Of a stretch of 64,000 nt of DNA, positions 25,110 through 39,788 are shown piece by piece. The DNA is from Lytechinus pictus (lineage: Eukaryota). The stretch spans positions 39,248,001-39,312,000 of the forward strand of contig NC_087245.1 in assembly GCF_037042905.1 (NCBI RefSeq), read 5' to 3'. Both the position numbers and the translations under genes were made by a program. The notes beneath the pieces were generated by a model, which saw nothing but the letters and a program-made list of their open reading frames with translations, made no database searches and was not told the origin of the DNA. Position 1 is the first letter of the stretch. Every line of letters starts with the position of its first letter.

Positions 25110-26560
25110 TCCTGTTGTTCAAAAATAAAACGAAAAGAAATTTGTTTCATTATTGATTTTATTAACTGAAATTCATTTTAAACATGTTAAAGCCTCTTTT
25201 GCTTTTAGGTTTTGGTGAATTTCTTAAAAGTTTGTCACCGAGTGTTCTAGTCCATTAAATGGAATGGAACAAACACCCTCTCACATTAAGACAATCCCCA
25301 AAAGTTGAATCATTTAAGAAGTCTCTAAAAACGTTTCTGTTCTAGGACTAAACAACTTCCTTCATTTTATATGTAATGTTAGGCTTATGGCATTCTGTAC
25401 TTGTTTTTGTATGAATTAGGTAAACTGAAATTGTAAGCACTTGGGCCATTTGGGATAAGCGCATTACAAATATTGGGTATAATAGTTAAATAACTAAATG
25501 TTATGTGGACTGGATATGAAATACATTGTAGTATTTTCCAAATTTCATCCTTCTTCATTTCTCAACTTTGCCTTCTATTACTCATCATCTTCGAAAGGAC
25601 ATTACCCTTGGATACCAGTTACTTCCACTCCTTAGCAATAAACATGCCAACAAGTGGTCAATAATGAACCTCGCACAGCACACTCACCTGTGACTCACTA
25701 TAAATTCTCTGAATTGGTGGTTCCTTCTCTCCCCTCTCTTTGTTTACATCCTCCAACACATTTGGGATGAAAACTACCACTTTCTTTTTTAACACACTTC
25801 TCAAATTTTTCTACTATAGTAAACACGTGTTTGGAGAACGTCGTCAAATTACTTAATACTTTTGTGGATTTCCATCATATCACTTGAAGCAAACTTCATC
25901 CATTGTATCTTCCACCTAGGCTCATATCATATTCAAGTTTTCGTACTACCCTTTTTCTCTGTCATTTCACCAAGAGAATTTAGCAAAATAAAAAATACTG
26001 CTTGTGCTAGCCTAGTTAGTTTTGTGATAATATCTGTGTGATTTTGTGAATAATATATTATATACTGTATACATACACATATTGGGATCATGCAATAAAT
26101 TGGAACACTTCAAATATATTGGAGGATTGTCTGTCGGATGTCTCTACACGCATAAAGTCGGTAAGTGGAGATTGGCTTACTACCATTTCATCTAATAACC
26201 AACCCCCGTTACAACATTTTCATTATAGATCTAGGCCTATAGAAACATTTAGATCTAGAAATATTTGATTTCGTGCCCAGAGCTAGCCAGGCGGCTTCAA
26301 AGAGAGTGAAAATCATTTACTAACGTAAGGTCACTCTCATATGAAGCCAGGGCTGGCTAGGTATACTTTCGTGTGTACCACCAAAAAACCTGAAACTTTT
26401 GCCCCCGAGATTTCTACTTTCTTTCTAATAGATCTAGCCCTAAATCATGTACATGGGATAAAACTTCATTTCCGACATTTCTACGCTCTCGTTGTTATTT
26501 TTGAACAAGAATTCATCAAAAAAATGAGAGAAATATTGTGTAAAGACGGAAGAGACTTGC

Positions 26561-26640
26561 CCGATGTTTACGCCGCCATCTTGTTTCCTATTGTTCTTCG
26601 CCAACGTTACAGACGCGTGCGTCGGGTAACTAGATCTATC
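26561..26640 (-). promoter_or_regulatory. EIF2B4: Predicted EIF2B4 promoter/first exon with YY1-type CAAGATGGCGGC motif, uORF ATG GCG GCG TAA and GC splice donor
   Basis: CpG-dense patch; minus strand reads GGAAACAAG ATG GCG GCG TAA ACATCGG|GCAAGT; the acceptor at 25111 requires an upstream exon. Confidence 0.6.
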
Positions 26641-27811
26641 TATTTTTTTTTCTAGATATAATAAAATCTATTATAAAAAATGAACTCCTCACTCAGGAAT
26701 CATGGCATTTGATTTATGCGATCCGAGGCAAGATTTATAACAAAAGCTGTAGAACAATTGTTCAACTTCAAGCATCAAAAGTCCTTTATTCCCTTAATTC
26801 TTGATATTTGTACTTAGACGACTTAATGGACGGGGATATGGCTGAGCTGTTCTGTGCACATTTCATTACATGTCGCCAATGAATTTAACCCTGGCTCTGT
26901 TGGCATCTGTGACAAAAAAAAGACATGAATGAAAGCGTGTGGGACTGTGCTAACATATGGACATGCAAATGCCGGCAACAAACAAAATTAATTCCCCATA
27001 AACAGATAGGTAATAACGGATGACGACAAACATTATATTAATTTAAATTGGTTGAAAAAATAACTTACAAACTGCAAAGTCAAAGTCCCGAGAAGGTGGA
27101 AATGTAGTGGGGCTCTTCGACTTCGGCTTCTTCGTCTCGATGGCCTTTTGGACAAATTCATTCCAAAACAGATGGTAGAAGTTGATCAACATATTTTGCA
27201 AAGGAAACTTGAGATTTTTGAGTATTTTACTCAACATAGTTCTAAAAAATAAGATTCGAACTACTCTTTCTTAATTATTTTTGAAAATATAAATTGATAT
27301 GTAAAATAGTAACTTGATATTTTCACATTTATTTACAGAAGATTTCAACTTAGCACGAGATACCTTTTATACCCCTATTATTGAATGTAGTCTCCCAAGT
27401 TACTTTTTGCTTCCACTATATACTGTTGGCCTATGTGAAAATAAAAGACTTGCTTGGTGTAGGGTGTAATATCAATATATCTACATCTTACTATGATTCC
27501 AAACTACTCTCAAGTATCTTGAAAGTCTCTTGCATTTAACTTCGTTTTTGAATTCCTGAACATTTTATGGCGGAAAATGAAACAAGAAATGGAAAACCCA
27601 AGAGGAGATATAAGGTAGGTTAAACTATTGATCGTTTTATTCAACAGAGTAGTAAATTGACACAGAAGTGTTTGTTCTGTGGTGAATGCGAATGAGAAGA
27701 ATAGAAAAGGCTTGTTGAACATGATCCCGACATGAATAAGAAAAGGGCTCTTTTACAAAGTGCTCCTGCATTGAAATAAACGAGGACGCGAATTACGTCG
27801 TATAATGCCTC

Positions 27812-27950
27812 TATATATGAATTAAGCGTCACATGAGCTTCATGTTTTGAGTCACACGGGTGTACGATAGAAGAATCCCATGTACTATGAGTAGGAATTA
27901 TTTTATTTCCGAGTATGCATGTGTTCCAAGACTTTCTGACTTCAGTAAAG
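27812..27950 (+). promoter_or_regulatory. Putative TATA promoter and non-coding first exon of the CABIT-domain gene
   Basis: TATATAT at 27812, TGAGTCA (AP-1) near 27848, perfect donor AAG|GTAAGT at 27950/27951; a strong unpaired acceptor at 35487 needs an upstream exon. Confidence 0.4.
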
Positions 27951-28169
27951 GTAAGTATAAAATCACGTACATTGTTTACCTATAAATAATGAAATATGTT
28001 AGAATGATATGTCGTTGTTTCTTTAAAAAAAAAAGAAATGTAGAAAAAGAAATAAAAGGAAAAAACTATATAAGATAGGCCTACTCCATACTGTTAAATA
28101 TTCTGCCATATTCAACTAAAAACCTCACTATTATTGATGCGTATATACCTATCTACTACCGATTATATA

Positions 28170-28193
28170 CTACTACTACTACTACTACTACTA

Positions 28194-28237
<44 letters not shown>

Positions 28238-28240
28238 TAG

Positions 28241-28274
<34 letters not shown>

Positions 28275-28295
28275 ACTACTACTAACTACTACTAG

Positions 28296-28385
<90 letters not shown>

Positions 28386-28400
28386 TACTACTACTACCTA

Positions 28401-28439
<39 letters not shown>

Positions 28440-28535
28440 TACTACTACTACTACTACCTAGACTTCTACTACTACTACTACTACTACTACTACTATACTA
28501 CTACTACTACTACTATTGCTGTTGCTGCTGCTACT
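28170..28535. repeat. (CTA)n/(TAG)n microsatellite with internal strand flip
   Basis: CTA run to 28193, TAG run 28194-28274, CTA run again from 28275. Confidence 0.95.
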
Positions 28536-29583
28536 GGGTTAAGTATCATAATGATTGAACGAGCACATTCTCTACGGGAATGATTGTGTTATCAGAGCCA
28601 ATTCCATAATACCACTTCAAGAATTCTATAAAATTAATATTTCAGCTTTAGCATGAGGAGTTATTATAGGCCTTTTCAATATTATACTTAATAATAAGCT
28701 TGTGCGCAGCAAGAAAATAAATAAGTTCTTTAAATATTGTTATGAGTAGAATAACGTGTAACAATTGTTTTGGTAAGAAAGTTGATTGAATTCAAAAGCA
28801 ATATAGTGGTAACAATACATTTTAAAGCTTTATGAAAAATGTCTTTATGAGAAGATTAAATGTTATTACATCGAAAATACTGATTCCATTTGAAGATTTT
28901 GCGATTGGACGAATTATTTGAATGGATAGAGATTGATCAATCGTGTTATCATTCATTAGATTCTTTTATCCTTTGAACAAAAAATGCATTTTGAGGTTTG
29001 CCAAACGATATCTTACTGGATGTTGTAATAATATTATTGTAAATCTAAACATACTGCATGAACATGTGAGGTTTCGTGCCCCTTCCCAACGCACTACAAA
29101 CAAAAATACATACACACACACACCCACACACTCACAATCACAACGTAAATATCATTTTATATGTTTATCATTTACTTTCAGAATTGGTTATGCTCATGCA
29201 AGGTCGCTTTATATTACCACCTAGAAATCAATAAAATAGCGAAGGCATCGATTTTAGTTTCTTTTCCATTATAACATCTTGATTTGGGGGAGAGAGAAGT
29301 GTGAATTTAGAAATTGAGATGTTGAGAATGTCATCATGATGTACAGAAACTTTTATTTTACTTTGTTACACTCAGGAGCGACGTCATATATGGGGTAGGG
29401 GCAGGGGGCATCCCACACAATGACTTTCCAAGGAGTGAAAATGGGAAAGAGAAGAAAAAGGAAAAAAATGAGAAAAGGAAAAACAGAGGGGAGAGGACTT
29501 TCTAAAATGAGAGACGTGTAATTGTATAAAACCCCCGGTGATTCGAATAAGAAAAAAATATGCCGTCACATTTAAGTCGCTTT

Positions 29584-29728
29584 GAAGAAGAAGAAGAAGA
29601 AGAAGAGGAGGAGGAGGAGAATGAGAAAAAGAAGAAATGTGAAGTGTATAAATAAATTATCAGTAGTAGTAGAAGTATTATTATTATCATTATTAATATC
29701 ATTATTATTAGAATTATTATTAGTTGTT

Positions 29729-29765
<37 letters not shown>

Positions 29766-29924
29766 TAGTATCAGTAGTAGTAGTAGTAGTAGTATAGTAG
29801 TAGTAGTAGTAGTAATAGTAGTAGCAGGAGTACTAGGAGTAGTAGTAGTAATATAGTAGTAGTAGTAGTAGTAGTATAGTAGTAGTAGTAGTAGTAGTAG
29901 TAATAGTAGTAGCAGGAGTACTAG

Positions 29925-29991
<67 letters not shown>

Positions 29992-30030
29992 AGAAGTAGT
30001 AGTAGTAGTAGTAGCAGTAGTATACTATTA
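29584..30030. repeat. Compound (GAA)n/(GAG)n/(ATT)n/(TAG)n microsatellite
   Basis: Direct reading. Confidence 0.95.
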
Positions 30031-30699
30031 GTCAATATCCCCTTCTGCTCCCAACAAAAATTATCTTTAGTCGGATAAATTCATTGAATTCTAAATAAGA
30101 ATGAAATTATCTCAAGTAGCATTTTGTTCTTGAATACCGGAAAACCATATATCAATAAAAGTGAATGAAAAAATGATACATTTACCAACGGTATTGGGCA
30201 AACGTTCTAAAAGGCTGCATTCGACCGAAGCGAGTGAGTAAATTATTTTGTCCTAATTTATATCCCAAAAAATTAAATTTTGTGATAGAATTTGACATAA
30301 AATTCAAAAAAATATATATCACATTTCACCATTTTCCCTTTCCTTCCTTTCCCTTTTTTTCTTGGTCATGATTTAAAAAAAAAAATCATTTTATTTATTT
30401 ATCTTTTTTTTTGTTGGGGGGGGGGGGGGTCATGGCACTAATTATAAGGTCCCTCCCCATCTCTAACATGTCTAAGCAAGTGTATGGTATAATATTGAGA
30501 CCGGAAAGAAATATCAACCAGATGTATAAAAAAGACCGGTGACCCGACATTTGTTCGGGTCTTAATATCTCATAGAGCACAGGGTTAGAATTAAAAATGC
30601 AATAGAGTCTTGAGTCAAGAATAATATGAAGATTTAGAAATAAATATTTGAATTTTACTTTATTCATTTACTTTTTTTTTCAAAGAAAACAACCGTTAA

Positions 30700-31277
30700 A
30701 GGAGAATGAAACCCTTGAAACCAGCTGAATCCATATCAAAGAGAAAAATCAAAGAAACATATTGTTGAAAGTTTGAGGAAGATTGAATGAATAATAAAAA
30801 AGTTATGAGCATTTGAATATTGAGATCACTAATGCCATGTAGTTCCTCCCATTGGCAATGCGACCAAGATCTGTGATGTCACACACGTACAACTCCCTCA
30901 TTACTTTAGTACTTATTTCACTTATATTCTCACTTTTATAGAGTCTATCACAAGGTGAGGTGTTCTCTTTATGAGAGGACAAGAACAGAGGTTTCACAAC
31001 ATTATATCATTGATGAATCGTTTGTCATATGATTAGAATGAGCAAAAAGATATGTTTTTGGGTATATTTTCAGTGTCCAAAAGGGGAGAGTTGTTCATCT
31101 GTGACATCATAGATCTTGGTCGCATTGCCAATGGGAGGATCTCCATAGCATTAGTAATCTCGACATTTAAATGCTCATAACTCTTCTATTGCTAGTCCTA
31201 TTTCACTTTTGTTGATCTTATTCTTTGATTTTTCTGCTTTCACAAAAGCTAACTTGCTCCAAGAGTTTCATTCTCCT
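30700..31277. mobile_element. TTAA-specific Kolobok-like palindromic MITE
   Basis: ttaa|AGGAGAATGAAACCCTTG...CAAGAGTTTCATTCTCCT|ttaa; decayed relative near 7000-7210. Confidence 0.88.
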
Positions 31278-32518
31278 TTAATAATATGATATTCATGATG
31301 GCGAAAATAGTCAAGTTCACTGGTTGCCAAATAAAAAGAAGAACCCCCCCCCCTGTTTGGCTTAATGTGCAGATTTTCCATCGGAGCAATAATTGTCGCC
31401 GGAGAAAATGTCATGAAACCAAAAGACCACACCCTCTCTTTACACACTGCATGCTTCATACACTGCATACCTTTAGAAAAAGCGGAAAAACCGAAACTTG
31501 TGATTTGACCGATATAGTTGTATACTATTCGTCATTTCCACGGTGTATAACACTGACACATGTATAGGCTTATCACGACAAATAAAATAACAACCCCAAA
31601 AACAAATGGATGATATCCAATGTAGGTCTATACTCTTCTCTCCCATTATTGATTGAAGTACTAATATAATGAGGAATTCTGGTAAAATAAAAATAATTCT
31701 AACACAATACGCTTTGTCGTACGGGGAATATTGTGGGATATTTTTAATAAATAGAATAATCGAATAGGCAAATAAAATAGTGAATGACCATTATAAACAT
31801 TAGATGTGAACAATGAGTTGACCAACTAATTGTATTGTACTTATTTATCGGTTTATTGATGATATAAATTCATGAATTTATTTTCGATTGACTTTGTTTT
31901 ATGTTTACATTAATAAATATTAACTTGTCTTTAAATGTGACTAATGTCTTTATAAACTTCAAAATCCAAAGTGACTGCGAGGGCTTCAATGTAAGAATAT
32001 ACATTAAATTAGCACGTAGGAATAACAAATATCTTCAATTAATTATGGTATTACCCAAGTACGAATTTCTTTTCAATTCGCAAATGCTGTGTACTTAACA
32101 AAACATCTTAAAAGTCTTAAACTTATGTATATATATGAATAAAAACCTGGAATTATGTGCTCGTGATATTTCCATTAAGTATGAGTGGGTAGCAGAGAGG
32201 AATTTTACCAAATTCCTTCTTATTAATGAGATAAAAGGCTTCAATGGTCTGTTTTTTAATCAGAATTTTTCAGAACTACTATTCTTTGTCTCGTGTAATA
32301 ATAAAATGGAATTCCAAATATTTAAGTCGTAATAGAACAGCGTGAACTTCCCTTTGGAAATTGACTCTGGTACACTGGGTATATAGTTTCAAATATTTCT
32401 GGGAGTGTTTTATGAAGGAATTGTTCGACAAGTCCTGTTTTATAATCAGACAGTTAGGCCTACCATAGGAACGGTGCTTCTCGGCCAATCAAAATCAAGG
32501 AAAGTGTCAGTTGTGAGA

Positions 32519-32976
32519 CCGGGGGGGGGGGGGAGTCAAAATTTATTGCTGTACACACGTACACACATGTGGCAAAATTATTTCCAAACACCCCCTAAAT
32601 GAGCTTATCTCTGTGCAAAATAACCCCCTAAACAAGTTTTTCGCGGGCTTTATTTACACATTTTGGCCCCTAAACAAGTTGTCGCCAGATTATGACCCCG
32701 GGGAAAAAGCTCCGGGGGAAAAAAACATACACTAAACACGTTTGGCTAGTCTTAAAAAAAAATTTGAAAAAAACATACCATAAATACGTTAACCCTGTGA
32801 TTGACCATTGACCAGTTTTTCAAAACTGCCCCTTTTTTTTTGAAAATCGGTGTTTTTGATACCCTTAACGAGTGCACGCTCGGCCCGCGTCCAAAACTTA
32901 CAAACCACCCTTTTAAATGCGGTTTTTTTTGTGTACGCGTGTGTACAGCAATATATTTGACAGCCCCCCCCCCCCA
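32519..32976. mobile_element. MITE with poly-G/poly-C termini and CCCTAAAC subrepeats (possibly CACTA/EnSpm-like); interrupted relative at ~50600-51380
   Basis: CCGGGGG...GTCAAAATTTATTGCTGTACAC and GTGTACAGCAATATATTTGAC...CCCCC inverted ends. Confidence 0.7.
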
Positions 32977-33825
32977 GATGTGAGAACTTGTCAGACGAAT
33001 AATGTTGATGAAACGCTGCCCAGGAGTAAAGGGTGGTAGAACGTGTGGACTTTGCCTATTCAAAGGCCATCATTTTAATCGCATACGGTTATCCCTCAAA
33101 ATTTTCCCCTTTTTAGTAGGTTTAATCAAGTGTCACATTTTAAGTATTTTCCTTTTCGTTGCATGAACATAATCTTTCAGATACAGAAAGGTTGAAATCT
33201 CACGTTTAACATTATTTTTGGACCAATTAATTGTATATTTTGCCCTTTCATGGCACTATAAGCTAATACCCCGAGTGGCCATGTTGCAATTAAACTACAA
33301 GTTGCCATTGCAGAACATACACCACTAGCTAGCTTATACACCAGTGCAATATCCCTTATCCATTTTCACCCCCAAATCACGCCCTGTATTGTATAAATTC
33401 ACTGCATGAGGCGAACCCTCATATTCTTTTCAATTTTTTGTTGAATACATTTTTCATACTTTATTCAATTTCCCCGAGTCAATAGAACGAGGCAACGCTC
33501 TGATGAGTAAGTTATGCAGCTATTTTCCTCACATAGATAACTTCGTAAACTAGACTGAGAGGGTTAGAGGGTTTCACACACACACACACACACCATCACA
33601 CACTCCCTTACGCACAGGATACACAGCAACACGCCTTACAATTATTATCATCGCCATTGTTGTGTGACCTATGTGCTCCTTTTTAAGTACACAATTTGAC
33701 ATATTTAACCGACGATTGATATCTATGAAAGAGGAAACCGAGACTTTATACATGTATTTCCCCCCATTTTATTTTTTCAGAACGAACATTTGTCATTTAG
33801 ATCTGGATAGCTAAATGTGCGGCAT

Positions 33826-34760
<935 letters not shown>

Positions 34761-34811
34761 ATTGCTATATTCTTATATCATATGCGTGATATGCAAGACC
34801 TTTACATCTTA

Positions 34812-35227
34812 AGGCCATCGCACACCTTACGACTGTTCGCGATCCGATTTTGGAACAAATCGCATTTTGCTCATTTTCTGAAAATGTTAATGGAACATAC
34901 CATTTTATTTGAGGTTAAAATTAATTGAAAGAACACTAATATAACCATTTTGAAAGATTGCAAGCCTTTATTTTGGATTAAAGACCAAGTTAGTTTCAAA
35001 TCGTAGTCGATCGTACGACTGCTATGACGTCTTTACGACTAGATATCAAATTCGCTTTTATTCTAAGAAGCATGATAGCCGTAGTCACAGATTTGAACAT
35101 AGGTATTCGTACGACGATTTCGAACATTACACAGTAAAATATTATAAGTCTCAATATTAGCATCAAATTCTACTACATTTTATTCTGAAATCGAGTCGCA
35201 GATCAATCATAAGGTGTGCGGTCGCCT
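34812..35227 (+). mobile_element. PIF/Harbinger-type MITE, copy 1 of 3
   Basis: tta|AGGCCATCGCACACCTTACGA...AAGGTGTGCGGTCGCCT|tta; near-identical to 45116-45530 (inverted) and 56447-56864. Confidence 0.9.
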
Positions 35228-35818
35228 TTATGCTGATGTCCAGAGTTAATTGATCAAGCTTACTCAAGAGCATGGTTATATGAAAGGGTTGTAAGTGTGG
35301 ACAGTTGTACCCACTTATAGAATGTCAATTATGATGACCCACTCACGTTATTCTTCGTGACCCTAGCATGTTTTAGAGTTGTCTTACAAAGAATTGTTTA
35401 ATAATATTTATAGAACCAATTGACCACGCTACCATAGTATTTTTTATTAGAGAATGTTAACTATTTTCGTATTTTTTTTCATTGCAGATAACCGTCTCAA
35501 AATGACACCCAATATCAAAAATAAAGTCACGTTTGTTTCTCGAGCGATCAACAGAACTCATGAATTCTTCGACATGGAATGTTTCGTATACTGATAAGGA
35601 AAAACAAATATTAATAAAAACTAGATCAAGATATAACCAAATCCCCCTTGCCAAGGGCGTCAGAAACCCTTTCAATGGATGATTTCCTAGTTCCATTTCA
35701 AACGCTAGAAATTTAGATCTCTTTGATAAAACAACGTTTGTCCCGTCACCTTTTCGTGGTTCGAGTCACGCCCTTTGACGCGAGAAGCATTTTGAAACGG
35801 TCCGTTCCTGTGGTCATC

Positions 35819-35962
35819 ATGGATATTGCGCGGTCGGTGTCATGGTCGCCGGAGACGTATAACATGAGGGAGTTGATGACGTACTGTAAGACACCCATCA
35901 TTGCTATGGTGAAACAAGGACACTGTTCATTGAGGGAAGAAGATTCATTAAGCCAAGGACAG
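35819..35962 (+). CDS. CABIT-domain (Themis/GAREM-like) protein, coding exon 1 (exon probably starts at acceptor 35487/35488)
   Basis: catcATGG start, CAG|gtcggt donor; MDIARSVSWSPETYNMRELMTYCKTPIIAMVKQGHCSLREEDSLSQGQ resembles the CABIT N-terminus (WS..L..L...P....V..G). Confidence 0.8.
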
Positions 35963-37485
35963 GTCGGTATAGGCCCAAATCATTCTATATACTCCTTAAT
36001 GCTATATTATTATATCTCTATATAGCAAAGTAATTAAATCTTTATTTTAATCTCAATCTCAACGTATATTTAAATTCAAATTTTAAGCCCATTTTCAATT
36101 TTTAATTTCAATTTTATTTTGATTACAATTTCAATTTTGTTTTGATTTCAATCAAAATTCCAATTTCAATTTGTAATTTCAATTTCAATTCGAAATAAAA
36201 TTTTATTACACTTTGAATATGAAAATAAATCTTCCCCTACGCTTCCTTCCAAAAAGTGAGACACATAATTTTGTGTATATGCGTATTATATGCGCTCATA
36301 TTATATACATAGTCATGTATATTATTCGTTTTATTTTATTTATTTTCTTCTTAAAATTGCAATTAGCCAAAGTACCTGCTCCTGCTGCCCGCCTTCTTCT
36401 TTCTTTCTACTTAGTGTACTGCACTCCTCTGTCCCTCCTGTCTTCCACCCCTCACCTCCATCCTCCCTTATGATATTGTAAAACGTAATTTTTTCTCACA
36501 CGATCCATTAGTTACGTTTTTGTCAAGTGCACAAAAATTGTTTGTATTTATTTTTAAACAAAATTATTATTAAGACCCAATATTTATTTGTTGTAATTTT
36601 GTAATGTAACTAAGATAGGGGCTTGTCTCTTGTATACAAGCTTTGCTTTTTTTCCGGCAAGTCCCTCCGTTTTACTTTTAAATACAAATGTCATTTGAGA
36701 TATCTTTATTTACTGAATTGTGTTCCTTAAATCTATGATTATGTTATATATATTATATTTTGTCTTGTAGTATTTTCGACCTTGTTATGTTATGTTTATC
36801 ATATTATGTACAATTGTGAGACGGAAATAAATAAATCAAATCAAATCAAATAATTTATTTAGAGTTCTAAAAACGTACATTATGTTTTAGGAACAAATCC
36901 TTGTCCTCCATCCCAATTGTTTCTCTCCCCATAAATGCGATCCCATACATTATTGATCCCTACGGGCTACGGTACCAAGACAATACAAATAAAAATATAA
37001 TCAATTACATATTAGATTGTCATGTCTTAGTTAGTAGGTTCATGGTTATGATCGTTCGGAATATTTACAGATTTCTTTATCTCAATTTCTATTACCTCAT
37101 AAATGAATTTGCTAATGTACAACTGTTTTCTCAATGACAAATCTTCAGATAATATACAAGAAAATAGGTGACACGAGATTACAGTGCACAATAATTTAAA
37201 AAAATATTTATTGATTCGTTTATTCGTTTATGATATGCGAATGATATTGATAGCACTGTGTGACAGAAATTTTCTTTTCTATTTGTCTGTACACGTTCCT
37301 TTCACCATACCCCATGCAGTTTCTTTTCTTTGTCAGTATGCAATCGGCAGCAGGAAAACTAATTTAAATTCAATATCCTTTTCAGCCGCATTCTATTCAT
37401 ACAAAGAGACTGGATTCAATTTAGTTTCTATCATGTATGTGTAATCTCTCTGTCTCCCCACCCCTCGCTTTCTCTCTCTCTCGGT

Positions 37486-37674
37486 CAGGGGCCGCGGAAC
37501 GGTTTTCAAAGTGGGGGGGGGGGGCTGAGCCAAAAGTGGGGGGGGGGGGGGCTGACCATGCAAAAAATCACAATTATATGGTAATTTTTACGTTTTTGTA
37601 CACGGTTTTGGAAAAAAGTGGGGTGGGGGGGGGGGGCTGAAGCACCCCAGCCCCCCCCGCTTCCGCGGCCCCTG
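37486..37674. mobile_element. Short G-run-rich MITE with hAT-like termini
   Basis: tcggt|CAGGGGCCGCGGAA...TTCCGCGGCCCCTG|tcggt (5-bp duplication). Confidence 0.8.
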
Positions 37675-37742
37675 TCGGTATCCCTCTTTTCAGTTGTTTG
37701 TCTATAATGATTATAATGCTATGCAGTCATACACACCCTCAC

Positions 37743-37927
37743 TTTTTTTTAACAAGTGCACACCTAGTTACCAATAATGCATATATCATTTCCATTTATT
37801 TGAAAGCAGGATAAAAGAGCATTGTAGATTAAATGTCTTGCTCACGGGCATAAGTGCCGCGGTCGGGATCGAACCCCGGACTTTCCATGTATAGCCAGGC
37901 GCCTTAGACCACTTGGCCACGGCACCT
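37743..37927 (-). mobile_element. tRNA-derived SINE (family also at 44950-45554 and 53284-53430)
   Basis: A box TGGCCAAGTGG, B box GGTTCGATCCC, A-rich tail; three copies in window. Confidence 0.85.
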
Positions 37928-38446
37928 CCACACAATCACCCTCACCCTCTTCCACACACTCACCCTCTTCCTCACACACACATGCACAAAAATAAATAAT
38001 AAAACCCGACTCTAAACCAACCGATATGTCGGTAGAAATAATGTGAAAGCTTTGGTCTATGTGGAGTCCGTTCCAAAAACACAACTATGGTAACTTTACC
38101 ATTTATGGTAACATCCATGGAAACCTGATTTTTGATTGGCTGATGAACCACGTAACCACAGTTGTAAGTCTTGATGAAACGGGCCCCTGGAATTTGTTTC
38201 ACCGGTGCAATTGCGGCATAACTTGGCAAGACGAAATAATGACAATTTGAAAAGGAGCATATACGTCTTCAGTTGAATGCTAAAGAATGGTAGCTACACT
38301 AATTCACAAGAGCGTTTGCATTGGGGAAAGATCCTTCTAAAACCTAGATGCCCATATGCAGCAAACGGTCAACACCTCTACGATATGCAAAAATTGGAAC
38401 AACGAATGCATCATCTTTTTAAATCATTTTTACCATTTTTATACAG

Positions 38447-38588
38447 GTGATCAGAATAGCTCGTATTCACACCCAGAACCGTGTGGTTGCCAAGGACGCC
38501 AAAGACAGGCTAATCAGCATACCATTATCGTTCCCATTGGACTTCGAAGTGATGCCAAAGAACAAATCGGGGTCCATTAGGGGGACAT
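38447..38588 (+). CDS. CABIT-domain protein, coding exon 2
   Basis: tttttatacAG acceptor, T|gtaagt donor, 142 nt; VIRIARIHTQNRVVAKDAKDRLISIPLSFPLDFEV has the CABIT 'isIP..f...Fe' pattern. Confidence 0.85.
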
Positions 38589-38636
38589 GTAAGTAGTGCC
38601 TCAGTCATACCTAGCAAATCGACTTCTGACCGATAA

Positions 38637-39066
38637 AGCCCCCATCACACTTATTCCGAATCAAGCAGAATTGGCCTGAATGAAAGGACTATTGTTTGAC
38701 CACCAATCGGTCATTTAAATCTACTTCCAACATCGTTCGAGAATACCCCTCGAATGTTTTGAAAATGACCAAAACCTTCGGGACGGCCAAAAGAAATGAC
38801 AAAAATATTTCGAATGCACTCAGAATGCAGTCAGAATATTTAGAATGCCCCTAGAATGTCCAAGAACGTAGCACGAATTATCAATCTGACTCCATTGCGG
38901 TTCATTTTGACTAGTGTATGATGATACACCTGGTCAATTTACTGAATTTCAACTCCAGTTTGATGAATTCATAAGTTCCTCCCAAAAATTTCTAGATTTT
39001 TTGAATATTTTTTTTCTCCAGCTTCTGCTCGATTCCTGCTGATTCCGAATAAGTGTGACGGGGGTA
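38637..39066. mobile_element. PIF/Harbinger-type MITE
   Basis: taa|AGCCCCCATCACACTTATTC...GAATAAGTGTGACGGGGGTA|taa. Confidence 0.8.
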
Positions 39067-39788
39067 TAAGATTGTGCAACTTCGAATAATGAAGTAATGC
39101 TATCCCTGGGAGCGTTTCAATAACATTTTCATCCGACAAGTTGTCAGATCTGACAACTTCTCCTGACTCTGATTGACTGAGAACCGCTGTTGCTATGGTA
39201 ACTGTCGGATAAAACGTCCGACAAGTCCTTTTATGAAACGCCCCACAGATCTGACATCTTTCCTTGATTCTTAATGGTTGAAAGGCACTATTACTATGGC
39301 AACTGTCGGATAAATAGGACTTGTTGGATATAATGTCTGCCAAGCCCTGTCCTGAAATGCTTTCTGGTTGACACTAGCGAAACCAACTTAAGCCCGATCA
39401 AAACTATTGCGTTGCTCCTAATCGCCCACTATCGGTCGGTTTTGAGTCTGTTCTTTGGTGTGACTTAACCTAAAGGTCTGTAGTATTCGAGATTGGTAGT
39501 GTAGCTGTAGAATCGATCACTTTCCATTGGTGACACGACATATGCTCATGTGACATTTGCTCCGAGGGCATAGAGTTAGGAATGTGATTTTGGTCCTGAA
39601 TAATGTTTTGATTATGGATAGGGTTTATATAGGATTTGGGAGGTCAACGTGCAGTTTTTCCACCTTAACAATTGTCGCCAGAAAGAAAAATCGTGGAACC
39701 ATTCTATTTAATGTAGCAGTAACGCCAACAAAACCAACTACAAACTAATCAATAATATGTAATTGAAAATAATGTAAGTATCGGTCTG

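Noticed and set aside
27043..27250. Open frames on both strands between the promoters
   Set aside because: Short, no recognisable homology or convincing splice sites
29502..30035. Long poly-Leu/Val/Ser/Thr ORFs (also 46971-47579, 47246-47533, 47993-48678)
   Set aside because: Translations of (CTA/TAG)n microsatellites
37850..37927. tRNA gene (also 15340-15408, 53284-53355, 58690-58756)
   Set aside because: A/B boxes present but no clean cloverleaf, and each continues into a repeated body: SINE heads
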